This document shows positions 37,940 to 52,300 of a stretch of DNA of 64,000 nucleotides, one piece after another. Numbering within the stretch: the stretch's first letter is position 1; each line of letters opens with the position of its first letter. A program made the position numbers and the translations under genes. The notes under the pieces were generated by a model. It had not been told where the DNA came from, did not search any database, and was given only the letters and a program-made list of their open reading frames with translations. The DNA is from Callorhinchus milii (lineage: Eukaryota): NCBI RefSeq assembly GCF_018977255.1, contig NW_024704742.1, positions 124,001-188,000 of the forward strand. The letters are read 5' to 3'.

Positions 37940-40318
37940 AGATTATTTTCCAAATTATGTAATTTGACGAGATGTCATGATCCATGTTACTCCCATCCTC
38001 CTGAACAGGATGCATGGAATGGCATCACATAGAAGCACACAAGTCTGTGTAAGTGCACAATTGAATTGGATCATGCTGTCTTTGCCTCTTCTCCAGTGAT
38101 TAAAAAAAATGTAAAACAATAAAATGTTATGCTTTCAAATACCTGAGCATGTGCGTCTTAGGTCTGTATTGGTCAATTTAGGGATTACAAAAAGCTTGGT
38201 GGTGAATTCTAAACACCAGATTACGGCTCTCCTGCTTGGCTCCTGTCAGCATCTGCATTACCTCAGGCACTGATCTATCCAGAGACTCGCGCCACCTCAT
38301 GGAGCTTACATCCAAGCTCTTAATCATTCTCTCTTCCCTCACCTCACAACATTGGCAGTTCCACCTCTATCTCAGCCCTCGGGCTGCTGAGATCCTCTTC
38401 CATACCCGCAGCACATCAGGTTTGATTACCAACACCTTCTAACCAGACTCGCCAGCTCCTCACTATACAACAACTTGCATTTATTGTGCCCCTCATGCAA
38501 GATTATGACAAGACTCACACATTTCTTTCTGCGCTGCTCTGTGCTGCTCACAAGGAAATTCTCAGGGAGATTCTTGGCACCTGCCATCCACCTAGTGAGG
38601 GATCCAACCTGCACTTGGATGTCAAATAATCAACTAGGGACTATCCTCCATGAGCCAGGGGAGGGGAGGGAGGAAGGAAGCAGGGTCACCTTGCAGTTGA
38701 ACTGGTTTCAATATGACCTGTTTGGCGATGGATTGTCAGAACAGAATCAGTCCTTTGTGGCAGTCTCATGAGTCTGGTTTCTAAGCCAGGCAGGTCTACA
38801 GATCTCTAGAACACTGCTGATGACAGGCCTGTCCACTCAGCTCCTGTTAACCCTGCAAAGCAAAGCCCTAAGAACACCTCTCTCCTCAACCTTGTTCCTC
38901 CAACCCTCACCCACCTGTCACGTGAGGTACTTTGAAAAATCCTTCCAATGTGCAAGGAACACTATAAATGCACGTTGGTGTCTCTGTTTCAATACCACCA
39001 TCTGGTGGTAAGATCCTGCCCATGTATATGAAAAGGTGAATCATTGTGGAGCAATAGTACACCATCTAGTGGCTCTCATTTTATCAAACTGTGTTGCCCG
39101 AGGTATCCAACCTCCTAATACTTTAATACCTCACCCAGATAAGAGAAAATGTTAAAACTATTGGGGTTTGCTGTACATTACCCAACATTTTCTAAAGGGA
39201 AAAGAAAAGGAAGGTTTTGAAAACATGGCACCTGAATTGCTCTAATGAGTCTCAATTTGACCATTCAAGTACTGAAACCATTTTTGAACACAGTCCAAAA
39301 TGTTATGCGGGCAGTGATGAGAGCTCTAACATAATAAAAATGTAATGTATTAAAATGAAATAATGTAATAAAAATAGCCTAAATAGATTACTTAAAAACA
39401 AACTTGGTCATCTATTTTAAGATGCAAGAAATGTAGAAACATTTTCAAAATTGAAAAAAAGATGTATTTTCTCAGTAATTTTTTTGGGTTGCACCATGGT
39501 TGATACATAACAAGCCATTGCCAACACATTTTTGATGTTACTCTTATTACAGTAATACCTTATACATGTAAAGCGCAAATTGTTTTCATGATTACCAATG
39601 TCTACATTTAGGAGCTGGACAATTAAGCCTTTATATTAGTGGCTAAATGCATTAGTACGCAAATATACAAAATTTACTAGGTCTTTAAACCTCTAGCCAA
39701 AAAGTGCTTGTATGGGCCTTCAACTTCAATGTATTCTGATGGTGGTCACTAGTCGTGAAGCAAGACAGTGCCTCGATACACATGTTTCCAGCAGTCTACT
39801 GCAACTTTCTCTCTCCCCCACCCCTGGTACATAGACACTCTCTGTGTGGAGGTTTGTTTTGCAAAATTCTCTCCACATAACCACTGTAATACCAAAATAA
39901 GAGACATTATACATAGGAAGGGGAGGCATTGCAACTGAAAACCAGTGACCAGAGTCCTTAATCCATCAAATCTTGATCACAGGAATTAGGTTTTAATACT
40001 AATTACATTCCTGCCAATTCAATAAACTTCTCCTAGACATTTGGTCTTTCATCTCCTTATTGGTCCAACTCATGTCTGAATGAATCAGATTTCTACAGAC
40101 TGACTTCATGTATTATGAGAAAGTATTCCCTTTATATCTCAACAGCAAAATGGCAAGCACTATAGACATTGAAAAGGGGCTAGTATGCAAAGCGTTAGCA
40201 GCAAATCTTAAAATGTGTTTTACAAGATTGTTCATCGAAGTATTTGCATAATAAAGCCATCAATGATTCTACACAGCAATAATCTCAAATCTTGCAGAAC
40301 TGCCTCCTTCAGAAGAAA

Positions 40319-40384
40319 TTATTCACCAACACCACCACCACACAGTTTTAGAAGAGCATTCCTGTAATCACCCGAAGTATCTTT
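40319..40384 (-). CDS. ANXA5: ANXA5 last coding exon
   Basis: ttttgcag|[24 protein letters not shown]. Confidence 0.95.
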   Translation of the reverse strand, partial: KDTSGDYRNALLKLCGGGVGE

Positions 40385-43300
40385 CTGCAAAAGAGTAAAT
40401 ATTGGTGTCATTTACAAATTCTAGGATGCAGTTTCGAAGCATTCTTGGAGACTATGAAATCCAGATTTATATTTTGTTCCAGCAGAAGTGAACTTTTCTG
40501 AACTATCCAGGGTCCTACACAACTATTGTAGATGAGTTTAAGAGACATGAGACCACAGTGGGCAGGGGGTGGGGGGGAAGTGAAACAGAAGGAAGAACAA
40601 TTATAAGGGGATAAGGGATAACTGATGAGCACACAGTTTCCCTATTCTGAAATGAAATTTCTTCCAAGAGAAAAAAATGCTTGCAGCACAACATTCATTT
40701 AAATGTTTGAAAGATACTGAAGGTCCAGAATGGCGAAGCTCTTAAAAACATGGATATTATATTGACAAAATCAATACATCCACTTTCAGATATAGCAAGC
40801 AGATAAAATTCTAGTACTTTAGAAGAGTGTGACAGCAGTTCATGGACCAATTTTCCCCTTTATTTGGCATTAAGAACATAAGAATTTGCTAGACCAAAGT
40901 CCATGCAGTTCACCTTCCACCATCCTAGGAGTCATGACCCAAACTATATACTGGATTCTGAGATATTATTTATAATAATAATACTTGCAATTGATATTGC
41001 GCTTTTCAGGTCTTCTAGACGTCTCAAGAACTTCACAGAATATACTGTAAAATGAATTGACTGCATATTTTGTGGGCAAAACGTGGCAGCCAATTGCACA
41101 CAGCAATGTCCCACAAACAGTCATGGATTGAGAATGACCAATTTATTACTGGTTTTTTTTGAGGGATTATTATAAGACATGTGGAGTAAGGAAACCTGCC
41201 CAAGATTTCACCCTGCCGGGAATCAAATCCAGGTCTCTCGCTTGCAAGGCGAGTGCTCTAACCACTGAGCTCCTAAAAGAAAGACGCTTACTATTACCCC
41301 AGACAGCACAGAAGTGGGTGAATGGACAGAATGAATCCTCTGTTCCAACAAATAATTTTCTTGTGCAGTTCCAGTGAAGTTATATCAGTATCTAGGAAAT
41401 GGACATTTGTAGCGAAAGTATCACTTTCCTTTCCATTTATTCGAAAGATGAGAGAGGAATGCATTCAGCATGTTCTTTGCCTTTCCTCCATACACTTACT
41501 CCCCCTTACTTCATCTACTCCCCACTCAGAAGTTGGTGATTTAAATCTGAGAGTTTAAATGGCAAGTTGTCATTATTGTGGCATGGACGTACCTTGATCG
41601 CAATGTACAGGGATTTTCCAAACTTCTGACGGAATTTCTCACGGATATCCAACATGTCTACTTCACTCCTTGAAATCATGATTCTGATCAGAGTGTCATC
41701 ATCTGTGCCAGCTCCCTAGTCACAAAACCAAAGACTTTCAATATGAAGGGATCGTCTTCAGCTAATTCACCACATTCATCAAGCTGCAATTTTACTGATG
41801 GTCACAACATGTATTTATATGGCACCCTTCATGTCGCAGGCTAAAGTCTCGTAGCACTTCACAGGGACAAGATTTTTAGACTCCCAGAAATACAATAAAT
41901 CTCCCTGTAAAAAGACTCCTCGAATCCATTAACCTGACCCATGCAACAAAAATTAACGATCGGAATGAAGAGAGTCTTCTTTAAAAAGTGTTAAAACATC
42001 ATCCAACAGATGACCCACAAATTAATTCAATACAAGAGAACCTTGTTTTAACAGTCGTCTGGGTCCAATAGTTCAGAGTACAGTGATTCCTGCACATAGT
42101 GTGTATGCAGGAAGAGACGTCAGTGATCTATGACAACCTGAAAGTTGGCTTTTTTTATACATGAAACTGACTAGTCATTACTGGTCCACAGAAGACACAT
42201 TATTTATTATTGAGGTAGCATTATACTGAAGGACACTATAATGGGTTCCCATATATCAGACGATTTTCAGCCTCATGCTTTATTCAAATGATGCCCAGTC
42301 AAATAAATTCAACATCTTAATTCCTGATTGTGCATGTTTTTCCTGCACACATAATAAATAATAATAATCCTTCCACCTCTCAAGGACATCCCAAGGTGTG
42401 TGACAGGATATACTGCAAAGTGTAGTGACTTTTTGTGGACAAATACAGTAGCCAATTTGTGTACAGCAAAGTCCCACAAACAGCCATGATCAATTTTATT
42501 TAGGGGATTGTTGGCCCGGACTCCAAGATAAACACTCAAATAGTGTCATGAGACCTTTAACAAGGCCTCAGTTTAACAACTCATCCAAAGGACAGCGATG
42601 CAACAACGCAGCACACCTGCAGCATGGCAATGGAGTGTCAGCTTAGATGATACAGATTCCAAGTACCATCATGGGGCTTGTACCATTCCATTGACCCATT
42701 TAACACAAGACAGCAGCAGGTTTCAATCCTACCTTCCTCGGTGCAACTTTACTTTAAGACAGCATGGCCCTTTAAAACTAAGAACAGAATCTTAAATGTT
42801 CTTCCTGCCAACTGGAGCCCACACAAAAATAAAGGGTTCGAAATGATAAGACACTCGCTGTTCCTTGAAGTAGTTACAAAAATATTCTTAAAGTACCTTC
42901 ATGGAATTGTGCAGGCTTTCGGCAAAATACTCAGGGACATCTCTTACACATTTCACTGAAAAGAAAGCAGCAATTTATATAAACAAAAGACAATAAAAAT
43001 CCTTAATATACATCAATATTCTGATTGCCATTTCTTCACATCATTAAAATTGGGCACAAGAATTCAATTGATCTCTGAGCATTTGGAGCTAGAAGTTTAA
43101 TTCACAGATAAATCAGTCGAGATTAATTCAGATTAAATCACAATGCTTATCACACATTCCTTACCGACAGCCAATAATGCATTAGCCAGATTCCCTGATG
43201 TCTCCGAAGAAATGCTTTCCTCGATTTGATAGCCGGAGATTTTCATGTATTGGTCAAATACTAAAAAGAAAGCAATACAGTGAGAAAACTTTATCAAGTT

Positions 43301-46300
43301 GGTTACACAAGAGAGCTCTACACTTCCCCACAGCACACACTTCATTTGCAGGCATCTAAACCAGCAGGAGAAGTTTCAGACACTTTGACGTTTCTGCCAG
43401 TTGAAGTGGCCAATCACAAGACACTGTAAAAATCAGCACATACCCTTCCGAAGGTGATGAATATTTCTTGTCCCAATAATCGTGAGAAACTTCGACTCAT
43501 CAGTGCCACACTGCAACTCTCCAGCCTGAAACAGCTCCTGATGCAGAAATTTTACTAAATGAGAAGCTATTTTTTTTACCTTTATAAATGTTAACTAGAT
43601 CAGACGAAATGTAGCACCAACCGCATGGGAGATCTGACAATCTGATGGTAAGAGTTTTAAATTACTCATACACCTCAAAAGTTCTTAGCAAAATGGCCAT
43701 TGAATTCCTTCTCGAACTGCATTTCAGAGATACTTTTTCTGTACTAAGCTATATTTTTATGTACATCCTGTTTTCTGCAGTTTAATTGATGCAGCTCTAA
43801 CTTTTGCGACAACCCATCCCCATCACTCCCCCCCGCCCCCACCTCGCCCACACACACACAGTGGACTATAAATTCACATCCCAACATGTTGCTTAAACTC
43901 ACATTATTCTGGCCCAGATACAAGTCTTAGTAACACTTTTTCATAACCATATTTCAGTGCCTAGTACTGGAAAATGTTTTCCTAATAAGGTTTGTTATAA
44001 AACTCAGGAGTGATGTTATAGCAAAATGTGAAACGTTAGCTTTTGCAAACTATTCTTGGAAAAATCAAAGAAAATCAAGGTCACTGCAATAAAGCAATAT
44101 TACTGTAAACCATAAGTAAGTTATAATTGAAACTTTTTCACCAACCTCAGCATCCTGCTTAACAGAAGCTTCTTCAGTATGTCTGCCCTGATCACGATTG
44201 CCCTAAACCGGGAGAGAAATGTAATTTAACAGCTAAGCTTCTCACAGCTGGACAACTGAACTACACAATGTACAAGATAGTGTGAAAGTCAGTTTGTTCA
44301 AATCACTTCCGTTAAGTTAGTATTCCAAGCATTCTCAATGAAGAAAGATATTTGAAATCAAATTTAATTAAAACGCAAGACTGAGCTTATTCAAATGCAT
44401 ACGTTGTACCTCAATTTATCTAAGCTTCATTTGTGCAATATAGGCAGACATGAGTAGTGCTCACCATCACCACTATTCAGATGCACTACAATAGTAAACC
44501 AAGAGGACGTCTGGAAGGATGAGGTCAAATGGGTCAAGAGAGCCATTCTTCCAATGCAATCTTCTGATCTTGTGATCAGTCGGCAGGAGTTGGCCACGTA
44601 CCAACTTCAGTCTCGCCCTCTTGTGGCGAACTGTAGAAGCACAAGGACTCAAAGCCACATTGCTTTACACGGACATTGTTTTTATTTAAAACGAGTCCAC
44701 AGAAGGATGGGTGAACATAAAAAAATTGAACGTTCCTGTTGATTCAAAGATTCCCAAGCACTGCAAGCTGTGGACAGTCAACCGCAGAGTTACAAGGAGT
44801 TTTGTTGTACAAGCACAAAATGAATTGAGAGATTGATTATCTTTGCATTTGATTTAACACCTTATCGCATCTAATTTTTTTTACCTGGAGGAGAATTACC
44901 AACATCCTTCCAAAATGGCCAGAGGTGTCATTGACTATGTCTTCTTCCAAGTCCTTGCCATACTCTTGATGATAAAAGGATTCAAATAAATCAGTGCCAG
45001 GTATTACTAAGATGTAATCACATGCATCTCACTTCTGGTAATAATGAACTTCTTTCACATTTCAAATTTCCTATCTTGTTTATGGCTTAGATTTTGCTGC
45101 TGAACATGTGGCCCTTAACAAATGCAGTGCAATTCCTGAACAGCCAACTGAAAGATTTATACAACATCTAAAAAACAAGTCAAGTATTGTCCCAGGGCTG
45201 CACCCCAATAAGTATAATGGGACAGTTTAATAATCATTAACCCCAAGCAGAATACATCCTCAATTTGATGGCAGAAACAACTGCTTTTTGGGAGGGGCTT
45301 TGGGGGAAGGGGGTGGGGTGGATGAAGAGAAGCGAAAGACTAAGAGTTAGAATTCCATTATTGATCCCTTGCCGGCAACAACAGACCCTGTACACGATGA
45401 AACTAATGCTACTCTCTCAGACAACTAGACTGGGATATGGGTCTCAGTTATTGTCAGTGCATTCCATCTTTAGAATGGAGGTGGGAGTGGAAAGGGTATA
45501 CATATGTGTGTGTGAGTGGAGGGGTGGGGAGGGGAAGGAGGAGATGAAACACCTTGATCTGGGATTCTCTGAGGAGAATCTTTCACAACACCTCTGTCTT
45601 ACCTTCTTTGTAAGCGGCTTTGATCTCATGGATTTCCGCATTTGTTCTTGAGGCAAGAATTTCAATCAAGCACTTTTCATTAGTTCCTGCTCCCTGTAGA
45701 GGAAAAGAATTAGAGCCAATTAAGTTGATTGTTCGAGTCATGGTCATCAGAGCAGGACGGCACCTCACAACAAATGATTAATACAAATTTTAAGAGCAAA
45801 CCACTTTGAAGATTGCTGGTGAGGCAGCATTAGACGCTGGATCAGCTTTTAAAACTAACACTTAGTTTTTGACATCTTCTTGGTGAAAACACAGTGTTAT
45901 GCTCGTCAAGACTAAGCCAAATCCCTTTGCATACTTGACACTAAGTATGGATCCATTTTTTTTAAAACAGTAGTAGCCAGAGATTAACCCAAAGTACAAA
46001 CCATGGACTATATAATTACCTCCACTACAGCCCACAGCAGAACAAGAGTAGGCTAACAACTCAATGACATTGTTTGAATCCTTCAAATTTCTTTGGAGAT
46101 TTTTAGCTCATAAACATATTTATCCGAAAAGACATGCAATGACGTGGTGGTGAGAAAGGAAGAGTGAACAGGGACAAAAAGGAAACAGGAGAGATCCTAG
46201 AGATTACTTGCATACAAATCTTTAACTCCAGGATGCTAAAACTGCAATCACATCCTAAAGTTAATGGCAAGGTCATTTTATTACAAGAAAAGGAATATCA

Positions 46301-49300
46301 TCCAAGGATCATTCTGTAGAGGGCTTTAGAGCACTGGAAAACTAATCACTGAAGCAGAAATTGAAAGCACACTATTCCTAGAGGAGAGATTTTTCAGGTG
46401 AGTCTCATTCACTTCCCAATGCAGTAAATAAAGCTCTTGTTGAACAATCGTTCATTACTGGTACTGCTGTTAAAGAGAGGTCAGGCAGACTCAGAAAACT
46501 GTCATAATCATTTCACAAATGGGACAGTCTTTGTCTGGGTCACACAAGACTGCAAACAGACAGCTAGGAAATTCCAAGGTCAAGGCACAGGAACAAAGCT
46601 CTGGTTTCCTGGTAACCAATTTGGATTTAAGCATTGCACTCGCGTAATAAACAATGTAAACTGGGTTACAATGCCATTCTGAGATCTGTGCTAATTTGTC
46701 CAGAAGACACACTGCTGCCCAATTAGAAATGTGGTAGTGTGTTGGTCAGGGAGAGAGGAAATATAAATCTCCATCCCATTAATAAAGCTGAGATTGTCAA
46801 TCAACATTTCTGATTCATTGATGTAACCAATCACATGATCATGATGTCACTGTGTACTATCCAGCTGGCGTTGTGCTAAAAAAATTAAATTACATAAAGG
46901 TTAATGGTTAGCCTGAACCAAACACTCAAAACCAGTCCCTTCACTACAACTTTTACTGAACACGTGGTTAACAGTCATGCAGTTTGTGATTCACTTTACG
47001 GGTTCAGGAGAACAGCCCATCTTGCTTCCTGCCACGTGAAACACACTTCAAGCATATTTGAATTCAAGCAGTGTTGGGTGGATGTTTTCTTAACTATCTT
47101 TCAAAAATTCAGCTTGTTCAAGAGCATCCCTGATTGAAGAAATATCAGGAGACTCACTGCTGGACACTTAAGTAATTTAGATACCCAAGTAATCTATTAC
47201 TGACGAATTTAGAATAAATCACCCACCTCATACTGAAGTTCCCAGATTTAACAAACCTGAAATAGAACTGCCACTTAGATCATTGTTTACTCCAGAGCCT
47301 TTTTTCTGCCCTAATTATTACACTGCACAGTTGACATTGATTAACAGATGTGTCAACACTCAAAACACTGCAGAAACTTGGGTTTGTAAAGACTAAAAAT
47401 CACCACCACAGCTGGTTTACCCATTCTCTTTATCCCCTCCCCCACTTTCCCCAACCCCTACCCCACCATGTTAACATATAAACCTTCAACAGTACAAGTC
47501 ACGTTCTACTGAAATAGTTAGAAATGAAACTTCACCTCCCTCACGCCTGTAGCCTGATTGCTTCACAGAAAAGCTGTAAACAGATACCTGAAGTTTTTCC
47601 AGAAAAATAAAGAACGTTTACCTTAAGTGCATCGCGCAACTGAGAGACATCGTACTCAAGGCGAGTCTTCATCATTCCAACAATCAGTTTTTCAAATTTC
47701 CCACCCAGTTCAGATTTTAGGTCCTCAACCAGATCCTGGTAAGAGAAATTGTATTGGATAACAGAGCAGTCATTGAACAAGTAAATAGGTTAGTTAGCAA
47801 TAGAGTTAAGCACCTTCCTCTGACCACTGCAATTATGTTTAATTGTAGTGGGACGTCCTCCTGACGTGGAAGGCGCTACACAAATGTTTTTTTTATTTGT
47901 TGTTTAGGGAAAATTAATTCACTTTTTTTTAAAATGATAAGCCTATCCAGTCAAACAGTGATCAAATAATACAAACAAGTTCCCTAGACAAAATGATAGT
48001 ATTTAGAAGTTGCTTTTCTTTTTTTTATCTACAGTTCTGTTTGGTCCAGTACTTTTGAAACATCGTCAATGGCTTTAGAACTTGCAATTGAAAGATTCTT
48101 TAAAACTACATTTTGACAATTCATTTCCCTTTTATTATGAAAACAGAGGTCGAGAAAATCAATTACTCTGCGGAAAGGGAATCTTACGCAAGCAAATTTT
48201 GAGTAGATCTATAAGGAAAATAGATGGAATAAGAAATTTGAGATGTCCTCTCAACCTGAAAGGCACTATTCAAATGTAATTTTGGATTGTATTGCATTTC
48301 TCTTAACTTCTGAAAGAATCTATCCCAATTTCAGACATGTCCAAATGATAACTTGTTTTCTTTTTCAGATCCCGACTTTCTGTTTTTGTTAGAAGATACG
48401 AGTCATTAACTTTCAAAACAAATTTAATCAATATTTCAGCTGAACAAACACAAAGCAAACTCTGAATACTTTTGGACATTGCCTACCTTGCCAAACAGAG
48501 TTTTGTACGCTTTACACATCTGCTTGCGTTGGGCACTGCTCCGGTTTGTCAAAAGATTAATGATGGAATCTTCATCGGTACCTGTAGCCACATAAATGTA
48601 AAGCTTTAGTCTTATTAAAAGATAAAAAGACATATACGACCACATTTTAATAGTATTGCCAAGCTTCTTATCATGTCGATTGTTACAGTCATTCTCAACA
48701 AAAAAGTTTTAAACAAGAATCAATCGTTTGAAAGGATGTGTGTTAAACAAGAATATACAATATCTGCTACAAATTTGAATAGCAACAGGTACAGTGCACG
48801 TTAACATTTGGCTAGAAACAAACTGAGAATTCATAAGATTTGATGATGTTGAGTACTTGCCAAGTCCCTTCATTGCTTTCCTCAGAACTTCAGAATCATT
48901 ATTTACATCAAAGCCTGGATGATCCTTAATGGTTCCTCTTGATGCCTTACCAGCATATTGCAATGAGAGGGTGGTGGGGGGTGGGGGGGAAAGAGGAAAA
49001 ACAATTAGTTTCTATTTCTCACTTGAAAAGAATTTCTATACATTTTTCTAGGCTCAGTCAATACTTTTCAACTAGGATCCTACCAATGGTATAATGAGTA
49101 ACATCATCCTCTGCAGTTTTCATTCCAGTTCATTGATGATAATAATAATATTAATAATAATAACAACTTGCATTTATATAGTACCCTTCATGCCGAATGG
49201 GATCTCAGAACGCTTAAATAATAATAGCATTTGATATTAGTGTCTTAAAACGTCATTGAGACATCTCAAAGCGCTTGCAAAAGTATATTGTAAATTGGAA

Positions 49301-52300
49301 TGACTATTTGTGGGTGAAACATTTTTTTAAATTAAAATTTTTAAATTTGGATTTGGCTTGCTTAGTAATTGTAGTGCTTGAGGGAGTTTGGAGGGGAAGG
49401 GGTTAATCCAAGAGCTTCCACTCTTGATAACTTTTCAGATGATACTGACGATCAGATGGTACTGTTGAACAGTATCAAGTGACTCTGTCCTGCTGAGGTT
49501 TCACATTTATGTTACTGTATTGAATGCAGCGTATTCCATTTCTCATAATACAATGTAAACCTTTGACTGGAGGATTAAATGACTCCGAAACTATTCTTAT
49601 CTGAATTCAGACTCAAGTAGTTTGCAAACAATTGCTGAACAAACATTGAACATTGTTTTAGTTCACTTGTACTACAATAGCCTTCAGCCTCCGTCTCCCC
49701 CAAGTGATTCTACAAAATGAAGTTACTCATCCAATTTTACAAGGCTCAGGCAATAACCAACGGCACGAAAACAATTTGATCTCTTTGCTCCTCTTGTGTA
49801 TCGTTAATCTGATCCATCTGAACAACAGTGCATCTCAGAACAAGGACTTAAATTAAACTGATATGTATATTTGCCATAATTACAGCCCCGTTTTTCACAA
49901 AATAACACAAAAAATGAAAACGTATATGTTTATAATAATAATTCTTCAGTTTGATAAAGCACCTTAAAGCATTTCACAGAATATACTGTAAAGTGAATTG
50001 ACTGTATTTGTGGGAAAACACAGCAGCCAATTGTGCACAGCGGCGACCCCACAAACAGTCGTGATTGAATGACCCAATTATTTTTATGTTTCACGGAGTA
50101 GGAGAGAGAATGAGGTCACGGGGTGTGGATCAATCGGAGGTGATAGTGCAGATGGTCACTGACCTGAGAGAAGGAGGGCTGTGGGCAACGAGCCAACACT
50201 GTGACCCAACAGCGATTGCTTTGCAGTGGACCTTGGCATGTGGCCTGGGGTCGAGCAAGCCAATGGTGGGCATGTGTTACGACCGTTGTTGGGGGTAGTG
50301 CAAGTGGTTTCTGGAAAATTCTGCAGTTGGTGATGGCAGTTGTAGAGGAGGAAGCAGCAGCCATTAACTAGACTGGCCTCAGCCTCTACCCAAAGCTGCC
50401 CACTATCTTATAATCGGCAGAAAGTCCCGGTTAAAGTTTGTACTTTTCCTATATGATTATTTGTATGTTTTGTTATAATAATAATAATCCTTCCATTTGA
50501 TATAGCGCCTTATCATGTCTTCGAGACGTCTCAAAGTGCTTCACAGAATATACCGTAAGTGAATTGACGGTATAGGCAATATGTTAGGTTAAACTGAGAT
50601 TTATCCTGTTTTTTATTTATATATGGTCATTTGAGGTATTGTATTGATGTAAATGTCATAAAGAGAAAACATTTTTAATGGATAAAATAACACAAAGTCC
50701 GAAAAAATAAACAAATTTAAATGTAAAATAACAGAATTTCACAGGGCTCTAGCCATAATCAATGAAATGACAGCTATCAGAATTTAGCCAAGTAACTTAT
50801 ATCTGCAACTAAACCAGAAAATTCAGTATAGGAAATAGTTTATAACCAACTCACTGTAAGCAACATCTGAACATTGGGTTAAAAAGACGAGTCTCCCTAT
50901 CTCGGATAATGATAAGTTACTGAACTAAATGGTGAGAGAGAGATCTATAATTTCCCCTTATGGAAATGTTGATGCATGACTATTCAAATGCAGGAAGAGC
51001 CAGATTTAGGGTTTACTTTACTTCTGATCCTTTGCCCATAATACATACGTTTGATATAGTACCTCACCGCATTGAATGTTTCGTAATAATAATCCTTGCA
51101 TTTGATATAGTGCATTATCACGTCTTTGAGACGTTTCAAAGCGCTTCACAGAATATCCTGTAAAGTGAACTGTGTATTTTGTGGGCGAAACACAGCAGCC
51201 AATTGCGCACAGCCATTGCTTCATAGCAATTATTGTGAAGGGCAGTGATTATTTGTTGGCAAATTTCAGCTGGACCCATTGCACTGTAGTGCATTAAATC
51301 AAAAGAGTATGATTCCTATCTTATATAAAGGCTACTCTCTCCCCTCCCTCTCAGAAAAGTTTCCCATTGCTGAAATCTGCCAACTTTAATGGGGGCGGGG
51401 GGAGGGCAGACATTGCTGATGTTTACACAACCCAGTTGTTACTATGCCGGCTGTTTTAGAAGCATTTTTCCAATTCAATGTATTCTTTGGTGTTCACTGC
51501 CTCGGTTACCATCTTCTTGCTTCTACAATGGAGATAGACTAACAACATTCAAGAATGCTAAGAAAGGGTTAATATCCTGGTTAAGGATCTTATTCCAGAT
51601 ATTTACTGTACTGAAACAAAACTGTCATGATACAAGATGGGGTAGATGTATATGAATGAGTCATAATGCCATTATTTCACCACAGACCAAATAATCCTAC
51701 AGCGAGTTCTATCAAAATACTGTCGTAAGAGATTCAAGATGCAAAGCCATCAACAGCTTTACTTGGGAGTGAATGTGAGAAGGAGAAAAAAACCTTTATG
51801 ATTTCTAGTAGTTAGGGTGTGGAGAATCGCGCCACAGTAATTCATTCCAGATGTAAAATATAGATGATTTTAACAGTGGTTTCAAGCTTCTTGCAAGTAT
51901 CTGATACTACAGGACTCATGAGTGAAGTTATTCTTAACTGGGTCACGGTATTATAATAATCTCGGCATTTAATATACAGTAGCTCCTTTCGGGGGGTGGA
52001 GGGGGAATGTCTCAAAGCATTTCATAGCTAATTATGCGAAGTGTAGCAATTGCAACAGTCAACTTGCACACAGCCAAAAAGTGAATAACCAATTTTATTG
52101 TCCAGAACATTGAGAGGACTCCCTTTTTGAATATTGGCATGAGATCTTTAATGTCCATTTGGACAGACAGACATGAATTCATTTTAAAGTCTGCACAGCA
52201 GCAGATCCCCAGGACTGCACTGAAGTGTCAGCGGAGACTATATGAGTTCCAAGTCCCGACCTGGGGCTTGAACTCACAACCTTCTAACTCAGAGATATGA

